A stretch of 64,000 nt of DNA from Marsupella aquatica. Its lineage: Eukaryota > Plantae > Marchantiophyta. Of the stretch, positions 40,521 to 52,493 are shown one piece after another; position 1 is the stretch's first letter, and every line of letters starts with the position of its first letter. A model generated the notes under the pieces. The model searched no databases and was not told the origin of the DNA. It saw nothing but the letters and a program-made list of their open reading frames with translations. The position numbers were made by a program, and so were the translations under genes. The stretch covers positions 24,437,971 to 24,501,970 of the forward strand of contig OZ316892.1 of the NCBI GenBank assembly GCA_973895155.1, written 5' to 3'.

Positions 40521-41714
40521 TCAAAATGCAGCCCAGCCATTGTCTACTGCGATAACCGAACCATTCAAACCTTGCGATGCGTCTGAAGCGAGATGGATGA
40601 CAGTCTTTGAAACGTCCTTGACATCGACGAATACCGGATCCATAGCTGAAGTCAAGAGGGCGTTTGCCAATCCCGGTTCGTTGTAGCCCTGCGAAAAAGC
40701 AGATGAGATGTTCGTGTGCATCCCGCCCGGAAGAACCATGTTGCAGCGGATACCTTGCTTCATGTACGAGGCCGCAGTGTTTCTCGTCAGTCCAAGCAAG
40801 CCATGCTTACTCGCCGTGTACGCAGCACCTGTTCACGAGTGGGAATTCGTCAGCTGGCTGCAACACGGGCGTGTCAAATCGAATTTTCTTGTAACACAGA
40901 CTTTAACGTAGATCAACAAATCGAAAAAGCGATGTCCATTGATTCGTCCTGCTTAATCGATTCATATCTCCACTATTAGAAAGCTCATTCCGTTCCGCTT
41001 GTAGAGCTACTGCGGGATGTCAGAAATTTATTTCGATCGCAAGTTGTTGAGGTAAATCTGGACAGAAAAACCCTCGACAGATATTTCGGTGACAAAATTC
41101 GATATTAAAGCATAATCTGGCCAGACTCGCGGTGACAAACGACGCTGCGCAGTTTCCCATCCCGTGCGTGTCGAATTATTCCAAAATTTGAGCCACCGAT
41201 TCTGTACTCAGTATGAAGAAGAAGAAAAAACGGATGATCGATATCTACCTGCTGTTGCACCACGCATGGCAGCCACCGAGCCGATGTTGACGATATTGCC
41301 CGACGGAGGAGACTGCGCCAGGAAATGTCTCACCGCGTATCTGGACATGATGTAAGGGCCCGTGAGGTTGACGGCCATGACGCGGCTCCAGGTCGCCATG
41401 TCGAGGGAGTCCACGGGGTCGAATTTATCCATGATCCCCGCGTTGTTGATCAGAACGTCGAGCCGGCCGAACTTCTGCACCGCGGCCTCGATGCCCTTGG
41501 CGGCAGACTGCTCGTCCGAGATCTCGACCTTGAGCGCCATGAAGGGGCCCTTCGCGCTGAGCTCGGTCTCGCAGTCTCCGAGCAGCGCTTCATTGATGTC
41601 GCAGGCGACGACATTGGCGCCGGCGCTCAAGCACGCAGTGGCAATTGCCTTGCCCAGTCCTCCAGCAGCTCCGGTGACGAGTACGGTCTTAGTCGCCAGC
41701 AATCCTGCGGCCAT
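40521..41714 (-). CDS. Classical short-chain dehydrogenase/reductase (SDR), 2 exons, ~257 aa, fungal-like sequence
   Basis: Exons 41249-41714 and 40521-40828 (phase-1 GT-AG intron, 420 nt). Motifs: TGAAGGLG (TGxxxGxG), NNAGIMD, NIGS, YTASK (YxxxK), GIRCN..LPGGM.TNI and VDNGWAAF. Confidence 0.92.
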
Positions 41715-41988
41715 TTCGACGAACTGGGCTGTTGGAAGACGAGGAATCGGCCCTCGTCACCTTTGAAGCCAAATGTGAAGCTCAAGGATTGAAGTTTGAA
41801 GAAGTTGATGCTCGTTCAAAGCTGCTCAAATTTGCTCGAGCTCAAGCCAAGATTATAAGGCATGCTCACTTCTCACACGGGAGCATGATCCAAGGCCATC
41901 GCTGAAGTCCAATGTGAAGGCTGATCGATCGAAATGGCAGTGGCCTCGTCCACTTCGAAGTCAAAAGTGAAGCTCACTGATCGGAATT

Positions 41989-42292
41989 AAGGAGGTTGGG
42001 ACTCATTCCACGCGCAGAATGAAGAGGTGTGCTGAGCGATCATGGTTGAAGTCAAGGAGGTTGAGACTCATTCCGCGTGAAAAATGAAAAGGTGTGCTGA
42101 GTGATCCTGATCGAGTGCTCAATCAACTGGAGGCCGAAGTCACTTCGCAAGATGGAGCATGGCACAATCCGAGCTTCCAAGGCACGCTGGGTTTTAGTTT
42201 CATCGTCGGTGCTCGATGGACAAATTGAACTATTTCAAACTGCCAAAAAGCATTTCGGTCGAGAAATTAAACTATTTCAAACTGCCAAAAAG
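41989..42292. repeat. Two short tandem duplications upstream of the SDR gene
   Basis: 'aaggaggttg(g/a)gactcattcc.cg.g..(g/a)aatgaa.aggtgtgctgag.gatc.tg' x2 (~41989-42110) and 'aaatt(g/a)aactatttcaaactgccaaaaagca' x2 (~42221-42294). Confidence 0.8.
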
Positions 42293-42530
42293 CAGAACGC
42301 GCCAAAGCGGGAGACATTGCATTTTTGGACTTTTCCTCGAAAGTCAATCTAAACGAATTTACCTCCATGGAATCTTCGCATTCCCAAGAGAATCTACTCA
42401 TTCTCCATTAATAGAATTCACCCTTGCATGGAATCTTCTCGTTCCCGAGTGAATCTCCTCATTCCCAAGAAAGTGATGGATACCCCTAAAGCACATCAAA
42501 TATGAGATGTAGGGTGTACAACATGAGTCC

Positions 42531-42678
42531 ATACCATGATAAATCTTTGTTGTTCCTTTTAAATCAATGAAAGCACACTTATATTAACACATTTTGATGC
42601 GTGATACCATGATAAATCTTTCTTGTTTCCTTTAATTCAATGAAAGCACACTTATATTAACACATTTTGATGCGTGAT
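42531..42678. repeat. ~73-bp tandem duplication
   Basis: 'ataccatgataaatcttt...tcaatgaaagcacacttatattaacacattttgatgcgtgat' occurs twice. Confidence 0.85.
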
Positions 42679-43379
42679 TACAGCAGGGAAAGTGATGCTC
42701 CCATGGACCATAACATTGGTCTTTGAAACCTCCTGGACCACATTTTACAAAAATAATTTTTGATGTTAATGAATTGAAATCTTTTGATGTTTTGAGTATG
42801 TGGTAGAAGAGTAGGTAAGTTACATTTCCTTCAAAGTGACAGTAAATTTGTGGCCATTTTGGGTGAGTTGTTCATTATGGAATGCGGGAAAATTAAGTCT
42901 AGATGGACCTCCATGTTGAACAGAACATAGTGCTCCCGTGGAGCATGGAAATTTTGGGCTTATAACTTGACAATTATGAGTCTTTAAGAAATTTTTAGAT
43001 TTTCACCAGCAAGGCAACTAGAGAAGGAGGGGACATAACAAAAAACACAAGCATTAATATTTCATATTAATTAACACAATAAAAAAGCAATCTAATCAGA
43101 TTTACCACTATGCATTCCAAAGTATAGGCCCATTTAAATGGGTGTGACAAACACTTCCAAAGTTTTGTGGAAAAAAAATAGGGCATGCTTTAATGATTGG
43201 TCGGCTTTAGAGAACAATAGTTCTATTTAATTGTAAAAATATTTTCTTTGAAGCTTTTAAGGGTTTCTTAGTAAAGGATGGAAAATTTTAAAGAAAGGAA
43301 GGGTGTTGCAAACCAAAAAAAATCATTTATAAGTCAGGGGTTAAACACTAAAACGTAACACATGATGTATGGCCCTCCA

Positions 43380-43468
43380 TATAGTGACCCCCCAGTACCC
43401 CCAGTATTAAAAGCTATAGTGACCCCAGTATTAAAAGCTGTAGTGACCCCCAGTATTAAAAGCTATAA
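43380..43468. repeat. ~25-bp minisatellite, ~3 copies
   Basis: 'tagtgacccc(c)agtattaaaagct' repeated. Confidence 0.8.
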
Positions 43469-43904
43469 TATAAGGCTGAACCTTTTTATAGCATGTTTGT
43501 CTCTCTGTTTGTCTTTCTAGTTTACAATCCAAAAATGAAAGAATCTAGCCAAAGAGAAGGAATAAAATAGAAAGAGAATTGACTGAAAAAAGGATGTAGG
43601 GTTTCCAAGCAAGTAGGGTTCTAATAGGACAATGAAAAAGGAAATGGGGAGGGCTTGTAGCAATTCAGGAGGATAAAGGAGACCTCCCTCAGTCTACAAT
43701 CAGCAAGAATATTCATGTGTAATAATAACAGAAGTTTAATTGTAGGATGAAATAGTACAATATTGCATAAAATAATAATGAGAAAAAGAGGACACCAAAA
43801 GTAATGAAGGGGAACAAGGGGGGCTAACCTTCAAAAAGAGAAAAAAGAAAATAGAAAAGGAAACAAATTAAGAAAACAACCAATTTCATCATGTCAAACT
43901 TGTG

Positions 43905-44150
43905 TGATTGCCATAGCCCATATTTTGCATAATGTATCTTTTAACAAACAAATCTTTTATTCAACTATATATTTTTTGCATCAAGATATATTTCTCCATG
44001 ATATCCTTAACTACACAATATCTTTTACATAATGACATCTTTTGCGTAACATCTTTTACTTAATGACATCTTTTGCATAAAAATATCTTTGACTTAATGA
44101 CGCCTTCAATACAAAAATATGCTTTATGCTATGTCATCTTCTATGCGACA
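43905..44150. repeat. Degenerate ~20-21-bp minisatellite (catcttttgcataatga-like)
   Basis: Periodic 'atatcttt/acatcttt...cataa' units. The same unit recurs at 50345-50672. Confidence 0.7.
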
Positions 44151-44182
44151 CACTGGGATTGAACTTGTAAATGCATGAAAAG

Positions 44183-44291
44183 AAGTGCAAGATCAATTGA
44201 GTTTCATTTATCACCTTACAATTGGTGAACGACTTGTTTTAGTAAGGTGATAAATGAACAAGAAGATTGATTGATAAACGACTTTGCACTT
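44183..44291. other. Inverted repeat / hairpin with a 17-bp perfect inner stem
   Basis: ttcatttatcaccttac (44203-44219) pairs with gtaaggtgataaatgaa (44242-44258). Outer arms atcaat/attgat and aagtgcaa/ttgcactt extend the stem. Confidence 0.75.
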
Positions 44292-45214
44292 ATGGGATAA
44301 TGTGCAGCCTACATAAGTACACGATTAAGTCTCTTCCAAAGTTCTTGCAGTTATGCCGGCCTGACTGCAATATTGCATTTCCATATTCGATACACTAATT
44401 GCTTGCTTGTGACAGTATGCCAAATGGAGATGGTGGCAAAACCAAGAGTCCACTCGACTGAGCCCCATGGTGTAGTGGTCCGAGACTCCGAGATGTGTTT
44501 CGGTTCGCTTTGTAGAGGTCGACATATTCTCCTTCGTCGTCAGGAAATTTTTACGCTAGTCTGCCACAAGAGGACATCCGAAATGACGACACTCTAGGAA
44601 ATTCTGTCCCTGTGGAGTTTGGCATGACTGTCATCTATCGGTTTGTCATTTTCTCAAGCTAACATGTTTTCTGCTACAATCTGATATATTTTCAGTTGTA
44701 TTTCAGCAGTAAAACTCGCCAGGACCAATTCTCTGAGGATGAACGTTGAGAAAAAGCTCCCCGGCCAGGTAGGAATAAGACTGCGGGTCAACTGCGAGGT
44801 AAGGCCAGGTTGCATTGGTATGTCAAGAAAGTGGCAGGGTACACAGGGATCAAAATGCACAATGAGCTACATTTACGAGGAAAACATTAAACTCTTTCTA
44901 GGAAAGTGGACGCAGAATGTGGTCCTGGGACCAGACAATGTTATATGATGTAGGCAAAGAATTTCATTCAAAAACTCACTGTGAGACAAGCTACACCTAG
45001 TGATCTCTACTGTTGAATCTAGGGGAATTTGCAACTTGACATCAATTGTCACTGCCACCAAATCGACGACAAAGCTATCTATAGGGACCATTATTAGGGG
45101 AATTCGATCATGGAGCACAAAAATGGCTGGAGCATGGTCATCAAAATTACAGGAGACTCTTGCTGGAATTTCCATTGCAAATGTAGCGATCTACTCCAAT
45201 ACACTTTCTCTAGA

Positions 45215-46995
45215 CTATCCGATGGCTCCCAAGATGGACACCGTTACGCCTATATTGGGCTTTCTTGTTTGCAGGTTGGTGGCGTCAACATCTGCATACA
45301 TCCCAAACGACAAAAATGGATTTGCTTGATGTTCAAGCACTGCTGCCAAAACTCCCGTGTTGTCTATCCTTGCTCTAATTGTCGTCTGCTGGTCAATGCG
45401 GTGAGATCCACCAATTGTTGTTGAAGTCACCTGCTTCTCCAGCTTGTGGTTTATGTGTCCCCCAATAGTGGTGTTGGGATTCACAACATGAGTTACATAG
45501 GCATCCAACATATTTTCCTTGAAAGGATCATAGAGAAGGGCTGCTGATAAGTCTGACCTCAGATACCCAAGCCCTGGTCACAGAAGTGGTGAAAAAGATA
45601 AGTACGGAGCTCTTGCAGAGGTGCACAGGGCTTAGCTCCTGTTCTGAGTTTTTGCCTAAATTAAATCACACTGTTAACAAAGCCACTCGGGAAGCTTGAA
45701 TCTCATCAAAAGTCCAGCACAAGTTCAACCGGTGACTAAGAATATTTCTCACCAAATTGTGCGTTCGTTACTTCTTTCGTTGCACTGTTGTAGAGAGCCG
45801 AGCCACCTAGAGAAAGTCTCTCAGATCCCACGTTTGCAGATAAGTGTACCATTGGTTTGCTCTTCAAACCAAACACGGTGGCATCAAGAGCAGCATTATT
45901 GAGCTGATAATGCACCTGCGAATAACCCCACGAATTTTTAGAATGTCATAGGACGAAAACTGTTGCTCCAAACACTTTGGATCAACTGGCCCACAATACT
46001 GCTTTTCAAACCATCAAAATAAGTACTGGTTCTTTTTTTCAGGCTGGTAAAAATCTTGCAAGAAAGAGCCACGTACTCTTCTGCAAGGGGAAGTGAATGC
46101 AAAGGAAAGTCGTAAGAGGTTGGGACATTATCTAAGAACAGAAACGCAGGTCTAAGTTGAAATAATAGAGTGGTTACCTGTGCTTTGCCTAGCTCACTAG
46201 CTCCCGGAAGAACTGTTGATAATGTAGCTTTCAGACCAGGTGCGATGTTCTCATAAGTCGTACTAGCGGTAATCTGGGACCATGGAAATAAATTGTCAAT
46301 CCAGAACTTTCACAAATTTCAACATCACTACTTTCGCATTCAGTCCAATCCAGAAAGGTATTCGTACCCCGTGATCGCTTCTTACCCGCTACTCTTCTCA
46401 AAAATAAGGTTTTGGTAAGTGCCCAACTTGGGCATATTCGTCGTGGGTGGATGAAATCGATATCCAATACTGCTAATTGATTTCCCTCTAATCATACCCC
46501 ACAAGAGTTTTTCAATGAACCGGCCCATTCATGTCCCATCTTCATGACCATCATTTCGTCATAACTCTGCGGTGGCAAGCACTTCATCCAATCTTGAAAG
46601 ATAAAAAATCTAGGTAGAGCGGATCCCGAATGCAAACATTGATTGACAGCTATTGGGAGTGGAACGAAAAAACAGAATGCAGTCAATCCGTTGGCGAGAA
46701 AAACCTGACTGAGGGTGCTCAAGCTGATCTCGGACTGTGTCCCAGCAGACTTGAAAGTTGTAGTCATAAGCCCAATCACGCTGCCCTGCGTCAGAGTAGC
46801 CGTACTGGACAGGAGCAGACCTCCAGGGCCCACACACGACACCATGACCATGTGACCAGTCGAGAATCCCCTGTACAGCAGATCCTTGGTCTGCTTCCCC
46901 AGATCGGCGAATGAGTGTGGCCTTCCTAACAAGACATGTATTGGCTCCTTTTTCTGCTCATCAGTGTAAGAAACCTCCCCTTCAGAACCCCCCAT
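45215..46995 (-). CDS. VDAC: Mitochondrial outer-membrane porin (VDAC family), divergent, 4 coding exons, ~302 aa
   Basis: Exons 46705-46995, 46178-46273, 45753-45915, 45215-45573, in phase. Motifs: PHSFADLGKQTKDLLYRGF (VDAC N-terminal helix), YENIAPGLKATLS, HVVNPNTTIGG, HRIDQQTTIRARIDNTG, and GMYADVDATNL..KPNIGVTVSI. Confidence 0.88.
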
Positions 46996-47095
46996 CTTTG
47001 CTTCCTGCCGCACTGCCTAAGATACCACACAGCCAACAAACACCTGTAGAGCATAATTGCCACCGGACTGAATCAACAATTCAGCTGGAATAATC

Positions 47096-47420
47096 GATTG
47101 CCAAATCAACACCAACTGCAAACGACTAAGAAGTGGCCCGGACACATTGAATAGAATCTCAATCGTCGCCCCTCCCAAAACAGAGCTCCTACAATGATTG
47201 CCAAATCAAAACTCAACTTCAAATGACTTAAGGGGTGGTCCGGACAAAATAACCAGAATCTCAATCGTCACTTGTCCCCACAAAGAGCTCCTACAATTGA
47301 TTGCCAAATCAAAACTCCAACTGCAACTGACAAAGGAGTGGCCCGGACGCGATGAACAGAATCTCAATATTCACCTGTCCCAAACGAGAGCTCCCGAAGC
47401 TAGTGACGGGTATTTGCCAA
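47096..47420. repeat. ~100-bp tandem repeat, ~3 copies, in the VDAC 5' leader/intron
   Basis: 'gattgccaaatcaa...aact.caa..gact...gtgg(c/t)ccggac...agaatctcaat...ccc.aaa.gagctcc' recurs at ~47096, ~47196 and ~47299. Confidence 0.8.
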
Positions 47421-47842
47421 AACTATCCGATGCCCCTCAAGAAACAGTGACAAAACCCCAATTTCAATCAATTCAACAGACGCAGCTGCAATTTAAAGCT
47501 TCCAAGTCTGCAAGAAAAACTCCGATCGGGGCCTGTTGTACTGCCTGCAGTCTCCAATTTTCGTGCTCCCAACAGCTCCTCTCTGAAACTGGGTTAACTC
47601 GGAAACAGAGACAGGTAGTTCCACCCGAATCTCAATCAACCCAGCCTACCCAGCTTCGACTTCGAACTTCCACCAAATCTGCAAGAAGCAACTCCACTTC
47701 AGGGGCTATTGTGCTGCCTACCCTTTCCAGTCGTCGCGCCCCGAACTCCCTTCTGAAATCGGATTAGATTGTGGCTCCAATTTCTGTCTGTTGCCTTGCA
47801 TCCCTTGGCTGTCGCAAAGGAATGCGAATCTGAGCGCTTGCG

Positions 47843-47867
47843 AGAGGAGAGGAGAGGAGAGGAGAGG
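47843..47867. repeat. (GAGGA)n microsatellite
   Basis: gaggagaggagaggagaggagagg; (TCCTC)n on the VDAC sense strand, typical of plant 5' leaders. Confidence 0.8.
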
Positions 47868-48410
47868 TTTTCGAATCCAGAAGACTGATTACACTGTAAA
47901 CCGAGTGAATTTTAATCTACGGCCAGAAATCCGCTCACGACTGTAAAGATCCCGACAGGCCGTCGATCCTAGCATCCGTGAAATGTGGTAGTCTCCAAGG
48001 GAATTACAACTTTGGGACACGTTGGGGGAAGTTGGACACGTGGGTTGTTGTTCTTGCGCCAAGTCCTTTACCATTCCATCATTACACCTGGTCCAAAGCG
48101 ACGAACATGCATTTTACACCTATGCGTTCCCATAGTAGGAGTAACAGCGTGGCTCTGGGGCCAGTGGGTCTACATATTTGCACAACATGGACACTCTTGA
48201 TACTCCTGTTCATGGGTATTACTAGACTGCCACTTTCTTTTGACAAATATCAAGATTTTGCACCTACGTTTTTAGATTAATGAATATAATTCTCACTTTT
48301 TTCTGTCACTGTTTATTTAGGTTTGATGACATCACCTTGGTTAACTACAGAACATCCTATGGCCTTGGGATCACCACATCGGTGTAATGGGACTACTGAA
48401 TTCTCCTCAG

Positions 48411-48674
48411 CCCCTGACTGCTTTGGGTGGGGCATTGGGCCCTGGTTTAACAGTCTCTTTCCCCTGGTCTGGATCAAGTCAGATTGCTGGGTATGACCCC
48501 CTTGTGGTTATGCTAGAGAGGCGCATGCTCCGGAGTAGAACCCTGACTGCTTTGGATGGGGCTTTGGGCCCTGGTTTAACAGTCTCTTTCCCTTGGTCTC
48601 GGTCAAGTTAGATTTCTGGGTATGACGTCACCGCCTTGTGGTATGCTACAGAGGCGCATGCTCCGGAGTAGAAC
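48411..48674. repeat. ~130-bp tandem duplication
   Basis: 'ccctgactgctttgg.tggggc.ttgggccctggtttaacagtctctttccc.tggtct...ctgggtatgac...ccttgtggt.atgcta.agaggcgcatgctccggagtagaac' occurs twice. Confidence 0.85.
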
Positions 48675-50344
48675 GTCTAAGTATCCATTGTTGGATGGGT
48701 CTGCTTTCGGATTCCAGGCCAGAAAAAATGGACCATATGAATGAAAGGAAGCAGAAGGGGTGGAAGTGGTGACAAAGCAGGCATGAAAGGAAGACAGAGT
48801 GATAAGCTTTCAAGGCCAAAGACAGAAAGACAAAGAAACTGGAGAAGACGAAGCAGTACACAAAGCCACATAAGAAGGAAGAGTACAACAAGAAGGGCGA
48901 GTAATTTCATCCAGGTTTGAGCAATATTAGCAATATTAATAAGTTTTGATTCTATAAAGGCAAAACCAAAACATTGTTCTCTTGCATTTTGTCTTACTAA
49001 TTTTGAAAATGATGTATACACGGAAAACGGACCCTACTACACTTACAGGCCTGAGCATTTTTTTCCTAACCTTAGTAAAGGATAATGTGTCTAAAGAGGT
49101 AAACATAGATGTTGACAGCGGCCTTCTTCTCCAAGAATACCCTGAAAAATACAAAGTGAAAATCCACTCAGGGCATTGAAACTCCAGTAGCCATGACAAA
49201 ACCTAGATCCACAGTAAGCTTCATTGATAATAGTACCATTTTCCATTAATTGTGGAGCAAAGTGACACCACCATTAATAGTACCATTTTACTGAAATTGT
49301 GGAGCAAAGTGGCACTCTAGAGGAGAAGAATGAGTGTGAATGTGAATGTGAGAAAGAGAGAAATCTTGGACACTGCCCCTTTTATATGGCCAGAATGCCC
49401 TGACAAATAGAAGGGTAAAAATCACAATTGAAGGGCACTACATCACACCTGCCCATATAAAGTGGCCTATCTATTGCTCATTCCTGCCCCTGGTGAACAT
49501 TGTACTCACAAGCCCATGGTGCATATATTACTCACTGTAAAAAATGGAGCCCAATAAAAAGTGGAACCCAAGTCTACTCCTAGTGAACCTGAATGGTGTG
49601 CGGTGTATATTATTTGTAGCTCTTATATAGATAGTACTAGAAGCTCATTGTTCTCACATGCCCCTAGTGCATATCAAACTCACCATAAAAATGGAGCCCA
49701 ATAAGAAAGTGGAGCCCAAGGCTACTCTACCCGAGACTCTACCGTCTTCTCCAAACAACTCTTGGGCGTTCTGTTTAAATATTGGCATTGTATTTGAGTT
49801 GGACACTCTGTTTGAGTTTTGACTCTAAACTGTCCTCCTTTGAGCACAAACAGCAAAAAATTCATGAACCGTGTGAAATATGAGCACTCAAACACAAAGC
49901 CAAATATATTAAAACACAACTCTCATTTTCAAACACAATGTCATTACCTCCTATAATACAAGGTCCGGCTGCCGTGCCAATGTTTTTTGGAAGGAACCAA
50001 AGCAACGAGAAAACACAAAAACTGGAAAAAAGAAAAAGAGATAGGGGAGAAAATGGAGGGGGGAGTATGACTATATGAAGGAGGATTTGTCCTCCTCTAT
50101 ACTACCACCTGTCAGGCTACTTTGCCCCAATTACACAAAGCCCCAAAAGTGGTTAATAAGTATACTATTTGTGACATTTGACTCAAACTGAAATAACACC
50201 AGTTACACAAAGGGATCAATATTTGTGACATTACCAACAAACACATTTTTGAGAGTCAAGTGGACCAATCTTACACATTTTTTTCTTGAAGGTATAGCCT
50301 CTTATAAGCCTATCCCCAAGTGTTTGCCTTTGATCTCTTGTAGA

Positions 50345-50672
50345 TAACAATGGCTTTTCTATCATGACATCTTAGTGCAAGACATCTTTTGTACAACATT
50401 TTTTACTCTATGTAATCCTAAACACAACATTCTCTTTTGTGGAACGATATCTTTGTATGCAATGACATCTTTTACACAAGTATCTCTTTTGCCAAACAAC
50501 TTTTGTTATGCAACAACATCTTTTCCTCCATAACATTAACAATATCTTTTTTGTAACAACTTCTTTTATGCAATGAAATCTTTTGTGCAACAACATTTCT
50601 ACACATCGACATCTTTGCATAGCAACATCTTATGCATTGATATCTTTTATGCCACACCATCTTTTGTGCAAC
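50345..50672. repeat. Degenerate ~20-21-bp minisatellite (gcaacaacatctttt-like)
   Basis: Many periodic 'acatcttt(t)' units, the same family as 43905-44150. Confidence 0.75.
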
Positions 50673-50704
50673 GCGCCGGGAATGAGCTAGCCCGTGAGCT
50701 AGTT

Positions 50705-51033
50705 CAAATATAAAAAATGAAAACATATAATCAAAACTCAAATATAACAATCCTCTTGCACTTTTTCAATAGAGCGCCCATGGCCCACTACTTCAATACA
50801 TTTCAAACACAATGTCATTCAAAAATATAAAAACTGACAACATATAATCAAAACTCAAATATAACAATCCTCTTGCACGTTTTCAATAGAGCACCCATGG
50901 CCCACTACTTCAATACATTTCAAACACAATGTCATTCAAAAATATAAAAACTGACAACATATAATCAAAACTCAAATATAATGACCCCCTTGCACTATTT
51001 CAATCGAGTGCCCATGGCCCAATATTTCAATAC
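50705..51033. repeat. ~116-bp tandem repeat, ~2.7 copies
   Basis: 'aacatataatcaaaactcaaatataacaatcctcttgcac.ttttcaatagagc.cccatggcccactacttcaatacatttcaaacacaatgtcattcaaaaatataaaaactgac' repeated. Confidence 0.85.
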
Positions 51034-51165
51034 AAGTCGCTGCTGTTGTGTGAAAGTGAATGTTGTGCAGTGTTGTATATTACTCGTAGCTCTTGCACAG
51101 ATAGTACTATATTCAATATAGAATCATATTCAATAAGACAAAATAGAAATGTATTAGGAGAACAT

Positions 51166-51743
51166 GCTATATACTAGAAGCTGTGTCGGCTAAACATACC
51201 TTTTCTGCACTCTTGCATTGAGCAAAAGAATCAATCTTGAACGAGATGTCCTTCAACTATGGTACTTGGGCTGGCCTGTGGGTGATACATGAAAAAATCA
51301 ACTGCCACTGGTTCCTCCACGTCCGTCGCTAATATCCTTCCATGCTCAGGTTTGGAAACTGCATTGGAGACTGACTCATTGAGTGTCATTGCTCAATCAT
51401 GGACCCACTGATAGGAACCCCGCCAGAACCTAATCACTGGCAGGTCTTTAGGAGTTTGCTGCTCCCACTACAGTCTCTAAATCACTTGTTTAGTTGTTCC
51501 CTTTCCTTTGTTTAGTTGTTCCCTTTGGGGGACCCAGCTTCTTCCCTGGTTCCAGCCCCTCGGGTTTTAGCATGGACCTCTGGTCCCCTGGGTTGGTGCC
51601 TTTTTGGGCACTCCTTTGTGTATGGAATTGTTCTTTCGAGGCAACCAAAAACAAAACATAAAAGCAATCTTGCTATATGCTAGAAGCTGTGTCGGCTAAA
51701 CATACCTTTTCTGCTCTCTCGCATTTAGCGAAAGAAGCAATCT
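51166..51743. repeat. ~72-bp direct repeat pair separated by ~435 bp
   Basis: 'tgctatat(a/g)ctagaagctgtgtcggctaaacataccttttctgc.ctct.gcatt.agc.aaagaa.caatct' at ~51166-51237 and ~51671-51743. Confidence 0.8.
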
Positions 51744-52493
51744 GTGCTTTCGATTGCTGAAATGGCTGGCCTGCTGTTGAACATGGTCAATTGAAGCGAC
51801 AGAGAAGAAGAGGCCTGCTTCTGCTCTGCTGCTCCTGTGTTCTCTTGTCGCGCATCGAATCACAAGCGCTCGGGAGGAACGGGTGAAGAAGTGGGCGGGT
51901 CATCGAAGGCAACGAACAAACGGCGGAGGCGGAGGACCTTGTTCACCATTTGACCCGGATTTATTGTGGACAGTGGCGTGGATTTAGGATTTAGGATCTA
52001 GCATTTACGCTCGGTCAGGGTTGTTGGTGAAGAATTGAAGGATTGAAGGACAGTGCTGTTGCATCTGGAGAGCGGACTTTACTGCAAGAGCAAGGAGGAG
52101 GTGGAGAAGGAGAAGAGGATTGCTGATTGCATCCAGTATTGGGGATTCCAGGAACAATGTGGTGGAGAATGAATGAAAACACATTTTTATGATCGCACTG
52201 CCACTGTTGGGTGATTTTACCTCCCCTCGCTTCCTCTGTGTACGTGGTTGGGAGTCAAGGTGCAGGACTTCCCATCCCCCTGCTTCAATTTGTGGCTCTC
52301 GATACTTGTGACTGACTTTCAAGGCGTTGGGAGTTTAGAAAGCAAATGGGATTCGCTGATAAGTGGGACACAGAGGAGCGCCACTCTTATATAGTAGTAG
52401 GGACTGGACAGAAGTGGACGTTGTGATGTGTATTCCCAATTGGGAAAGAGGTGCAGAGCAGGAGGAGCGGCGTGGACCCACTTTCATACATAG

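Noticed and set aside
41325-41792. Plus-strand 134-155 aa ORFs over the SDR
   Set aside because: Antisense shadows of a GC-rich coding exon.
43380-44150. Short periodic repeats as a CRISPR-like array
   Set aside because: The units are adjacent and degenerate with no unique spacers, the context is eukaryotic, and there are no cas genes.
47198-47767. 189-aa plus-strand ORF
   Set aside because: Non-ATG start, built largely from the ~100-bp tandem repeat, and antisense to the VDAC leader.
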